Position numbers and translations under genes: made by a program. The notes under the pieces were generated by a model, which did no database searches, had not been told where the DNA came from, and saw nothing but the letters and a program-made list of their open reading frames with translations. A stretch of DNA of 64,000 bases from Paraspadella gotoi. Taxonomy: Eukaryota; Animalia; Chaetognatha. Location of the stretch: the NCBI GenBank assembly GCA_051294375.1, contig CM119266.1:7774606-7838605 (forward strand). The letters run 5' to 3'. This document shows, piece after piece, positions 1-27,434 of the stretch; position 1 is the stretch's first letter; every line of letters begins with the position of its first letter.

Positions 1-1957
1 ACCTTGGAGTCCGAATCTGAGGATGAAACGTGTTGTGGATTGTAGTATGGAGCAACGGATAAAAGATGACAAAAGAAATCGAATCTTCAGAAGCCAATTA
101 CAATTGGAGCACAGTGATTTGTGGATTCAAAATATATAATTTGCATATTCTCGTTTTTTGATTTAGTCTTGATAAATTTCATGAAATAAAAAGCACTTGA
201 TCCTTTTAACCTGTCACCATATGCCGTCACCATAATCGATCTTAAAAATTTTGAATTACGTGTATAAAAGTTAAAATGGCTAATAATAAGTAAAACATAA
301 TTATTCGAAAACTCTTTCAAAACCTTCTCTGACTGGCGTAGGCACAAGAGCGCGAGGTCAAAGAATACACCGAGACATATCCTCCACTCCCAATCTCTCC
401 AATCCCCGCTTTCTCCGAAACCTCGAACTGATGTCGTCGTCGTGTCCTCGAAACGGCTCCGGCCTCCGAGCCACGCCCATCGTCGTCGCCTCCAACGCTA
501 GAGGGAGGAGGTGGTGGTGATGAAGAGAGACGGAGACGAAGGCGAGGGAATCGGGACGGCTACACCAAGTGGCGAGGAGAGTGGATGAGGTGGTGAACGA
601 AGGATGGCAGGAAGGGGCGTAGGGGTTGCGTGGAGAATGGCGAGACAAAGGGGAGGTGGATGGTAGTTCGGCGTTGATTTCGCCGTTGCCATCTTCGTCT
701 TTGTCTCCGGGATCTCGATTCTGCAGAATTCTGACGAATACCGGCGACGCTTTTGGATCGACGCCGCGTGCGGCGCCGTTGGGACCGGCCAAAGCGGCGT
801 CGGCGGAAGCGCCGAAGAAGTCGCCATCTTCTACCGGCGGCGTCATGAGATCGCGCCGCGTCAGCAGCGCCACGCAGGCTCGTTGGCGCAGTGGCGGTGA
901 TGACTGATTGACCGGAAGCGTCAAAGGAATGAGGACGATGAAGCGAATCGAATCAATGGAGGACAGGGAAGGCAACTCCAAATCTGAAAATCTGAGATAA
1001 AACATAAAACTCGCTCGATCTTACTTCCTCCAAACTGTTCCTGTGCTCGTTCTCCTACAAGTTCCCCGTTCCCACGACCGCTTCCCCGCCTATTTCACCG
1101 CCCTTTCCCCAACCCGTTGCCTCGCCTGTTCCCACTTTTGTACCCCTTCGCGCTCCATCACCCACCGGATGGAGGAGCTCATCGAAAAATCCATCGGGCG
1201 TTTGTCCTGTGCGGAGAAAACGAACGTCTTGGCGTTGGCGAAGGGCGACGCCGATCGGGTCGTCACCCACATCTCCCAATGAAGATCCAAATCCTGGAGG
1301 ATCTTATTGAAGTTTGGGAGGCCTTGGAACATCCTCGTCGATTGAAGGTGTTTTGAGAGAACTGGATGGAAAGAGGAAAGAAGGCGAGTGGGAGAGATTA
1401 AGGAAGGTAAAAAATTATGATTTCTTTCTTTCTTTCTATTTTTTATCTTCCATCCACCAGTCGCAGCTGGTCACAAGTCTAACAGTTTTCAGCCAATCAT
1501 AATCACGGGAATAAGGAAGATCAAAAAAATTCGTTCTTTCTCTCTGTCTTGTCTTTTCTTTTCTTTTCTTTTTTATTCTTTTCCCTCCTCCTCCCTCTTT
1601 ACCCGCGTTCCTCCTTTTCTTGCAACCCAGCACGTAAGCCTCCTTCACTTTTCCCTCACACACCAACCTCCTCACCGCCTCCCCCGCATTATTTCCTCCT
1701 CCTCCTTCGCCTCTCCTCCCCCTTCTCGCCAAAGCTTCCTCCCTCTTCCACCAGGGGAGCCACAGGGCGTCGTCGTCGGCCAACGACTTCCATTTCTTGG
1801 AGACAAAAGAACATCGGTTGATGTCAAGAGGGGGAAGGAAGGAGAAGATTTTGAGGAGGAGCTCGGAGGGGAGGAGGTCGAAGGGGAAGGGAGAGGAGGA
1901 GGAGGAGGAGGAAGAGGATGCGAGAGAGGATTTCGAGTTTTTTCGAGACGTCGCCAT
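1..1957 (-). CDS. FBXO15: F-box only protein 15-like, multi-exon, 3' part runs off the window
   Basis: ATG at 1957; F-box FDLLPSELLLKIFSFLPPLDINRCSFVSKKWKSLADDDALW. Later exons give GLPNFNKILQDLDLHW and LLATW..LAFVSVSLHHHHL..DDDISSR, spliced across a GT-AG intron (421-17) to FGLQG. This matches the remembered FBXO15 pattern LLVGVW..LAFVMANLHFHHL..DDSPEYGLHG. Confidence 0.8.
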
Positions 1958-2233
1958 TTCGAGGATGTTTTTTCTGGTTACTTTTATATCTATAAATCAA
2001 AAATAATAGAACAACTTAAATATATTACAAGTTGATGTAAGTTGTAACATTTGGAAAATCAATGAAATAAATAAGGGATGTCACGAAGTTCGCGTCAAAC
2101 ACGTTTTGATAAAAACGAACGCGACTGTATCCCACACCTCTTTAATTTCTCTCGCTGACGGGTAACCGACTGTATTTCCAAGAAATGCTCTTCGTAATCG
2201 TCGCCGCTAAAATTCCATCGCCAAAGTGACGTT

Positions 2234-5398
<3,165 letters not shown>

Positions 5399-5801
5399 TT
5401 AAGTCTCGGTTAAGTTTTTTGTGTTTTAGTAAATTAACTGTAGCTGTAGTCAATGTTATTAACTTCTGCAAAAATAAAACAAAACTCAAATATGAAAAAA
5501 AAAAGTTTTATGGACGGAAGTGAAGATTGTCACATTGAGTAAAATACACAAAATACTAGTATAGGATAATCGGAACTCTCCGAAATAAAATTACACATTA
5601 AAAATATATTCATATTTGCACAAATATTTTTACTTGCAAACAATTTTGACCTAGATGCATTTACTACTAATTATAATCATGTAAACCAAAAATAAGTTTC
5701 AAAATAACGAAACCAAGTATGTATATATATATACGGTACAAATTGAACAAATCTCTTGTGTATAATTATTTCTGATATTAACGTATAAATAAATACATTT
5801 A

Positions 5802-18457
<12,656 letters not shown>

Positions 18458-18835
18458 TCTTTTTGTTTTCTTCTCTCACTTTATTTTTTATGTTCTTTCT
18501 GTTTCTTTGGTTTTCTTGTGTTTTTTTTTTCTGTTCAAACACTAAGACAAAAAAATATAGAGGGTAAATAAAATGAAGGCGAAAATCACAATGGCTTTAT
18601 ATTGAAGCAGAATTCGGCAGGCGGAAAGTCGCTGTGCCGTTTGGACGGAGAGTTTGACTTCGGTTGCAACGAGGAGAGAATCTTCGGCGGCAAGACCCGA
18701 TCGCAAGAGATCTGACAAGACTGCATTTTTAATTTAATTTAAAACGAAACGACTTGACCTATTAATTACCTATGATCCTTTATTCCATCAGCATTAACTC
18801 AATCTTAACGACATCAAACGAACATTGATCAATGA

Positions 18836-20505
18836 TCAATATCCCTCGGATTCCGATTCGGATTCCTCCTCTTCTTCCTCCTCCTCCTCCTCTTCCCCCT
18901 CCGACTCCGACCCAGAAGATTCGGACGAGCTGAAATATTTCAAAATGTGTTGAATATGTTCACTTAATATCTATTTTTAAAACAATAACTAACGAGTATT
19001 AGTAATCGAATAATTTACATTTCTGAATCTTTTTTTCCCCGCCAAATCTAAAGCTTTGTTTCTCTCACCTTGGATTTTCTGCGTCGATGATGATTTTCTC
19101 CCTCAGATTAGGCATGAACTCGAGCGCGATTTCGTTGTCAGGTTCAAAGACGAGGATCATTTCGCAGAGGCGCAGCGCCGTCACGTAGTCCTATAAAAAC
19201 GGTGTTACAAGCGGCAAAAATTAGGGCAACAGGGTCTGAATATAATTTTTCTAAGACATTTTAATTCTGTTTTCAACATTTGACATTTCTATAGATGATG
19301 TGAATTTCTCCCATACTTTCCCTTATGAGACAGGATAATGTATAAACCAGAGTAGTGAATACTCTGACGTCAAAGAGTTAACGTGAACATACAATCGGAA
19401 CCATCGGACGATATGAATAGGATATGAGTAATTTAAGACGATTAAAGAAAATCCCGAAGATCTTTTACCAACAAAAATCCTAAACTACAATAATTTGGAT
19501 AAGCAGATAATAATGCACATTATTAGTTTTTTTTTCGAAATATTTAAATTTCATAGATTTTTTTTCATTCGAAATTCAAAAATTTTCAAAAATAGAAACC
19601 AAATAACAATATGTACTAACTATTTTGACTTTTACTGCAATATGCAAATTAGTTTAAAGAAACTCGCCTTTAGTGTTAAAGCGTCGATAAATTCGGAGAG
19701 AAGTTGCAAAGGACAACGACCTCTACGTCCGAACAACGGATCTTCATCATCGTCGTCGCCGTCGTCGTCGTCGTCGTCGCCATCGTGTTGTCGTCGTTGT
19801 TGTCTTTGGTTTTCGTTGCGATTTTCGTCTTCGTCGCTGTCGTCGTCATCGTCGTCGTCGACGTTTCGAATCCCAAGTTCCTCGTCGTAAGCAAAGACTG
19901 AAAAGTGCGTAAGGATTGAACTAACAATTAAAGTTTTAAGTCTTTTCTTTTCATGAGCCTCCCGTGACCCAAGTGATAACCTTTGGAGGATTTCATCTGC
20001 GTCACGAGTCGTTCGATTTGATCCTCGTCTATTTCGACGCCGGCAACGCCGCCACGCCCCCTGGCCACGCCCCGCCGCCTTTCGCCGCCCCCGGCGCTGG
20101 CGGACTTCCGCGCCGCCGCTAAGTCGACGGTGCGGGAGGCCGTTTCGCTTTTGGGTCGAGATTGAGTTCGCCATGCCTCGGGGGCGAATTTTCTGGAAAT
20201 AAATGAATGAATAAATGAATTATTCAATGTATAAATTAAAGAATGAATAAATTATTGAATAAATAAATTAAAGAATTATTAAATGAATGAATGAATGAAT
20301 GAATTATAAAAAGGAATACGAATCTCACGAACCTGTCGTAAATCTCCTGCAACTTGGCCGAAGAGACTTCTTCTCTGTGACTGAGTAAGTTGACCTGACT
20401 CTCCTCCTCTTCCTCCTCCTGCGGCAACACTTCCTCCACGATGACGTCGTCGTCGTCGAGGGCGCGGGGGACAAAGGGGCGTGGCCGACGGTGGAGGGAG
20501 GTCAT
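18836..20505 (-). CDS. ERICH2: Glutamate-rich protein 2-like
   Basis: CPLQLLSEFIDALTLK|DYVTALRLCEMILVFEPDNEIALEFMPNLREKI matches the remembered ERICH2 core (APLELMAEFL..AKKLCQMILIYEPEN.EA.EF); acidic tail ends ESESEGY* at 18836. Intron 19667-19191 has a GC donor. Confidence 0.85.
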
Positions 20506-20515
20506 GATGGGGAGG

Positions 20516-20637
<122 letters not shown>

Positions 20638-21214
20638 AGCCTAGTTCGCGCTAAAAATCTTTGACTGACGATTCCTTGTTTTTATATCGAAGATTTAATT
20701 AACTGCATGAAATATTTGAGGTATAAAGTGATAAACAAACATTAACCAAATGAATTGTAAAATGAACAGACACCATTGCGACGTCAAATACCTAATGAGA
20801 AATTCAACAAAAGCGGAGAAATAGTGAGATTGTCAAGTACACAAAATAGTGCAAAACGGCAGAGATTTTAATTTCCTTAAAAATAAAAGATATAAAAGTT
20901 AATACTTAAATTGCTTTGTTAACAGTCGTATAGTTTTAATATTTTTATTTTCCCGTTAATTCATCGTAATTTATTAAAACTTTGAGATAACTCGATGAAT
21001 TATTGTGACTCTTGTTGTGATAGAGAAAACCAAATTCGAACCAAAGAATAATAATTTTGCTAATTTCGAAGTGAAACGTGGAAGTGAAGTTGATTTCACG
21101 ATGTGAGGTGATTCACATCTTCGTCGATAAATTCTTTAGATTCTTCGAATGTTTCAAACTTTTTTCGTCCACAAATTGTGTAGATTTTCATTTCCGATTG
21201 TAATGGTTTCCTCC

Positions 21215-22113
21215 ATCATTAATCGCATCCCTATCTCTTTCATAGCGATTGCACTTTTTCACTAAACGCATCCTCCTCAAATCCAATTCGCACCCTCCTC
21301 CACTCATCGCACCCTCCTCCCTCATTGATGCCCTCTTTCGACTGATCGACTCTCCTCTCGCAGTGATCGATCCTCGCTTCCCTCATTGATCGCATCTCTT
21401 CACTGGATCGCCACTTGCTCGGTCCTCTCCACTCTTGCGCACCCTCTTCCGTCATTGACTCGCACTCCTCTTGCCACTGATTCGCAACTTCCTCGCCTTG
21501 CAGTGATGCACGCTCCTCTCATGTGAATCGCATCTCTTGCCACTATTAGGCACTGCTCCTCCTCCACTCATGCGGCATATCGATGACCTCCTCCCTCATC
21601 TGAATGCCGCATCCTTCTTCACTGATAACGATTCTCTCCTCTTCAAGTATCGCAGAACGCCTCTCTCAGCCTCAATCGTGATATAGCGATCCTCATATGC
21701 ACTGATGTCGACTTCTCCTCTCGCATCTCATACGCACCCTGCCTCCCTCAATTGATCGGCATCCTCTTCCAACTGATCGGGCACTCTCTCTTCAGTTATG
21801 TAGACCCTCCTCCTCAGATCCGTGATCGCATCCATTTCCACTGATCCGCACTCTCGCTCTCCACTCATGGCGTGTTCGGCCTCTCTCGGCTTCTGGATCT
21901 GCGTATGGTCTCTGCTACTTTCTTATTAACTCACTTGATGCTTATACTTCTCTCTCTTCAGTGATGCGCAGCCTCCTGCCCTGCATTTGATCGCTCCTCT
22001 TCCACTGATGTCAGCTCTCTCTTTCATGGGATGATCATCATTACATTTTAGGTGTAGTGGGTTAGGTGTATTAGTAGGGGTTAGAGGTGTTTCTGTTTTT
22101 TTTTTTTTTTTTT

Positions 22114-22153
<40 letters not shown>

Positions 22154-22486
22154 TCTCTTCTTTTTCTTTTCTTCTTTATTTGATTTTGTTTTTTTTTTTA
22201 TTTCTTTCTTTTTGGTGTTGTTTTTGCTTTGATGTCATACGCATCGTCGTTATCTGATTTTTTCGCTTACTCCTCCTCCTCGTGATCGGCACCCTCCTCC
22301 CACATTGATCGCATCTCTTCCCACTGATCGCACTCTCCTCCTTCAGTGATCGCACCCTCTCCCTCATTGATCGCATCCTCTTCCACTGATCGCACTCTCC
22401 TCCTCCACTCATCGCATCCCTCCCCTCATTGATCGCATCCTCTTCACTGATCGGCACTCGTCTCCCTCAGTGATCGCATCCTCCCT
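21215..22486. repeat. Degenerate ~20-bp tandem repeat (core CANTGATCGCA..CTCCTC), interrupted by a poly-T tract and a noisy segment
   Basis: Clean units at 22280-22486 and 21215-21440; indel-ridden units at 21440-22030. Confidence 0.85.
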
Positions 22487-24091
22487 TGACGCAGACCTCC
22501 TTGACCATCTTCTGCGCGGTTTTCAGCCCGTGTTGCGCCGCGTGCATCAGAAGCGGGTGAGCGTCGCCTGGATTCAGGCCAACCTCTTTGCCTTCAATGA
22601 AAGAAAATAAGGAGAGAGAGATTGAGTCAAAATTGCGCCATTTTTAACATTTTGTTTATTTCCCTGACGTTTACCTTTTACATAACTTTTATAATTTTTA
22701 TAATTTTTATCTTTATTTTTATCTTTTTCACGACTTTTGTCCAGTTGCCATGTTTTGTTATCGACTCTTAACCTAAGCCGTCCTATTACTCAACCCCTTA
22801 CCTTCCTCACCCACTTACCTTTGAGGTGAGCGACGGCGAGATGGAAACTCGCCTCGGGGTGACCTTGATCTGACGCCGCCTTCATCCAATGGTGAGCCTC
22901 GGTCTCGTTCATCTCTGTACCTTTGCCTGAGATGAGAAGGAGTGAAGATGAGATGGAGTTGAAAATAAGATAAGATGAGATCGAGGCAAGTAGAGATTAA
23001 GATTAGGATTAAGATTAAGATTATATTGATGTGAGATAAAATAAGACAAAATGAATATAGAAGATGAATATTTAAAGATCTAAAATATGTTTTTCATTCA
23101 AGCTTAATTAAACTAAGAAAGTGTGCGCCAGACACTGGAACAAACGAAATACTTCGCCACGTTAGTCGTCTCAATGTGTTTGAATTGAATTCAATGACCC
23201 AACTCGATTGACAAGGTTCTTCCCTAAACTCTACTTGATCAGCTTCGCTCCCCCCCCTCACCTTTCAGCAGGTGCATGGCCACTTTGTACTGCGCCTGAT
23301 CGTAGCCCATGTGGGCGTAGCCTCTGGTGACCTTGTAGTGCAGGTGGTCGAAGTAGTAGTAGGCGTAGTAGGTGAAGAGAACAGTAAGACCAATGACCAC
23401 CACTTGTAGACCGATGCACCACCAGGGGTCGGCGATCTGGCGGCGGGCGAGGAGGACCTGGGGGGTGGGGGGGTTAAAATTTGGGGTGGGGGAGAACGGA
23501 GATGGGGAATGGGACGAAAGACAAAGATTAGGAAAGCTTAACAGGAGGGCGAGACAGAAGTTATTTCCCGCGGCGATATTGTTTTTCTACGTGTTCAAAA
23601 TCGTGTTGTGGCACGTCGACCGATCCATCGGCCAATCAGAAACGGCGATTGGACCGAGAGACGGACCAATCAGCGCAGGTGATTCTCGTCTCGCGTTGAA
23701 CGCGCGACCGCGTTGCCATGGAAATGAATTCCCATTAGCTCAGAATGAATAACTGTAAGGTGTTTGTGTATGTGTTACGTTTTAATTGCAAATTCGATAT
23801 ATTAAATATATAAACAAATATTGATAAATATTAATCTAGTTTCTCGGCCAGCCCTTTCATTCCTACCCAACGGCCTTACCCCCCCCCTGCTCTTATCCCT
23901 ACCCTTCCCGACCTCACCTTCCGCCCGAACTTGGAGCTCCTCAACTCGTCCTTCAAGACGTCGTGAACATCGTCTTGGGACGGACGAACGAGACGTCGTC
24001 GCAGTTGCGTCTCTTCCCCGACGTCGTCGTCATCGTCGTCGTTTTCGGCGTCGTCGACGTTGCGAAGTTGAATCTCCTCGGGCGTCGTCAT
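22467..24091 (-). CDS. Uncharacterised single-pass membrane protein with C-terminal Sel1-like repeats, four exons
   Basis: MTTPEE..FGRK|VLLARRQIADPWWCIGLQVVVIGLTVLFTYYAYYYFDHLHYKVTRGYAHMGYDQAQYKVAMHLLKG|KGTEMNETEAHHWMKAASDQGHPEASFHLAVAHLKG|KEVGLNPGDAHPLLMHAAQHG..VCVKGGCDH*. Phases are consistent; Sel1 consensus A.QG...A.F.LA is present. Confidence 0.85.
23632..23725. promoter_or_regulatory. RFX X-box (GTTGCCATGGAAAT, 23712-23725) plus three CCAAT boxes
   Basis: Close match to palindromic GTTGCCATGGCAAC; CCAAT/ATTGG at 23632, 23648 and 23666. In intron 1 of the Sel1 gene. Confidence 0.55.
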
Positions 24092-24583
24092 TGGGAAAGA
24101 GGAGTCGAAGGAGAAATTGGAGAAGAGGACGGAGAACTTCGAGAAATAGAAAAAGGAGTTGGAGGAAACCAACAAGGAGTTGACCAAGGAGTTGCTGGAA
24201 TCGATCAAAATATATGAGGAAACGCCAAAGAAATCGGAGGATTCCCCAAAGGAATTGGAGGAATCCCCAAAGTACTTGGAGGAATCCCCAAAGGAGTCGC
24301 CGGAAAATTTTGGCGAAGAAGTTGAGAAAAGAATGGTAAAAAATAGTTTTTTTAATTAGATCCTCTTTCAACTTTCTGAATAAATAAATGTAAATAAAGT
24401 ACAATAAAAACTTTTTTCTTGTAAAGAACGAAAATGACAAACGACATATAGTATATAGTTTGTTACAGTGAAAAAGCAAAGAACATAAAATAATGAAACA
24501 CAAAGATGATATAGTCTTGGGCAAGTTTTAAGCTTTTTTTTATTTGAGATCAAAAAATGTTGAAGTTGAATTCTCGTTCCGCC

Positions 24584-27358
24584 TCAAACTCCTCTTCCTG
24601 CTCCATGATGCTCGGCGTCGACGATCGCCATGAGCGCCGCCGCCAACGCCCCCACGTCTCTCTCTGCGGCGCCACTTCCCGACTCGTCATCGCCCTCGTC
24701 GTCGGCGGTGACGGCGGCGGCGTCGTCGGCGTCAAGTGTGGCGCCGTCGAGAACGCCCAGCGATGGGAGACGGCCTCTTCCGCCGCGAGGGAAGGAAGAG
24801 TCCGAGATTTTGTTCCGCGGAATCGAGGATTTGTCCCATTTCTCCATGAGGCGTTCGCTCATGATGCTCACCTGGGATAAAAATATCAACTGTGAAGAAC
24901 GTGCTTCATGTCATCAATTAATTAATCAATTTATTTATCTAATCATTCTATTCAATTCAAATGAAATCAATGAATTTGATCAAATAATTCAATAATTGAA
25001 TAAATAAATAAATCCCTTCACCTCCTGCGAAATTCTTTTATTGTTGATGTCATCCTTAATCCGTTCGAATCTTCTAACTTCCCTTCTCCTCCTCCTCTCA
25101 TTAGCGACGGCCGCCTCTCTCGTCTCTCTCCTCACAGACGCCATCTCCGCCTGCATCTCTTTCGTCAGACGCTGGCTCCGGCGGATCACGTCTCGGTAAG
25201 TCTCAGGGTGGGCGTGGCTGGATCCGTAGGGAGCGGGAGATGAATATCAATAATACGCCGCAAACCAGCGATGCAATCTTGAAATCACTGCCGTCAAAAT
25301 CGTTAAAATCCTCTCACACTTTTACCCCCACGCTCTTTACTCCTCAGAGTAGCCTTTACCCTTGAACTTGTCCTCTGCACCCAAACTCCAACCCCCCCAT
25401 GAATCTCGGTCCTCTTCACCCCAACCCTCCTTTACTTACCCCTTCCACCGCTCCCTAATCTCCATCCTCTGCAACCAAACCCTCCTTTACTTACCCCCCT
25501 TCCTCCGCCCCCCTGATCTCCGTCCTCTACACCCCAACCCTCATCCACTTGCCCCCCTTCCTCCGCCCCCTGATCTACATCCTCTGCATCCCAACCCTCC
25601 TTTACTTACCGCTTTCCTCCACCCCCTGATCTCCGTCCTTACACACCCCAACCCTCATCCACTTGCCCCCTTCCTCCGCCCCCCTGATCTACATCCTCTG
25701 CATCCCAACACTCCTTTACTTACCCCCCTTCCTCCGCCCCCTGATCTCCGTCCTCTACACCCCAACCCTCATCCACACTTGCCCCCCTTCCTCCGCCCCC
25801 TGATCTACATCTCTCGCAGCCCAACCCTCCTTTACTTACCCCTTCCTCCGCCCCCCTGATCTCCGTCCTCTGCACCCCAAACCCTCATCCACTTACCCCC
25901 CTTCCTCCGCCCCCCTGATCCTGCCGTCCTCTGCACCCTCCGTTCTTCCATCTTTCGATCCGCGTCGACGAATCCTCTGGCGAAGAGGAAATGAGAGACG
26001 AGAGGCGATCGGCCGAGGAGGTTGAACTCGAGGCGTTCGAAGGAGGCGCCGGGACCGAGGGGGTGTGAGGCGGGGGTGCGGGGCCGGGGGGTGCCGGCGA
26101 TGGCGAGGCGGGAGAGAGGAAGGGCGGTGCCTGAGTTGAGAAAGAAAAGGAGGTCTTAGTTTTTAGGCCAAGTGTTGCAAACCGGTACTAAAGATTCGAC
26201 CAATGAGGAGAAATTTTACTGATCAACTCTAGGGTCCATAATTTATATCCTTCTATAGTTTTTACCCGGGGTGCTGGGGTCAACGATTTGTTCCGTTGAA
26301 ATTCTTCTTTGAATCTTGAAAATTTCCCTCGAGTTTTTCTCGACTTCGCTTCGGGTGCCGGTTGCGCCGCCTGCGGACGAAGAGTAAATTGACCAATGAC
26401 TGACCAACCAACCGAACGACTGACCAACCAATTGAACTTGAGGCCGATCGACCTGCAGACTCAATGATTTTCTCCAAGGCTTCGATGTCAACGTCGAGTT
26501 TGAGTTTCATTTCCTGACGTCGCGAAGTCGCCGTCACCAGCGCTGATTCGTTGTCGAGACTCTCCTCCTCGCGGTTTTCTGGGAAAAGGCAGGGCATTTC
26601 CGAGAAATAAGAAAGAAAAAGATATTACAATAATACTAGCCCCCCCCCCCACCCCTCTTCGGCTCACCCCCGTCAAAGTTGGGATTCAAGAGATTGAGCT
26701 TCCACTTCTTCCAGAGTTCAGGAGGCGGATGAATTCCGACGATCCACTCGAACGTCGTCCCCACCAGAGATTCCATGAAGGAGGCGTCGACGACCTCATT
26801 GAGATCGGGAAAGGCGCCCGCGAATGCAGCGTAGATCGCCTGAGAGGAAAAAGTAAAATTTAATTATTTCAAAAGAATTCCCATGCGGGGAATCGAACCC
26901 CGGCCGCGGCGGTGAGAGCGCCGAATCCTAACCACTAGACCACATGGGAAGTTGAGAGAAAGGAACGAGTGAAATATTTTTGTTGTTTATGTAAATCGAT
27001 CTCACCTGAGCAAGGGCGTTGGGATAACTGTGAAAGAATTTGTCCTTGAGGTGATTGGGGACAGAAAAGTAGAGGACAGTAAAGTGATCAGCGATTCGTG
27101 AAAAGAGTCGGTCTTGATCCGGGGACCTTCCTCCGTTCGCACGGTCGGTTCCTTGGAAATGTTCCATGAAAATCCACCAGAAGGCGTCGCTGGGGAAGGT
27201 AAAAGATTATCCTCAAATACAAGCAGACTCATATGACCGGCGCTTCAGCAGTTATAAACCTCAGAATGGCGATGCAAGGTTCGGAGAGAAATATTTTCTT
27301 CCACAATTTTTTGAATCCGGGAGGAAAATCCTGCGCCCTAACCACTCGGCTCAGCACC

Positions 27359-27434
<76 letters not shown>

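Noticed and set aside
21440-22175. Highly diverged repeat segment and long poly-T tract
   Set aside because: The scattered indel pattern looks like unpolished read error rather than biology.
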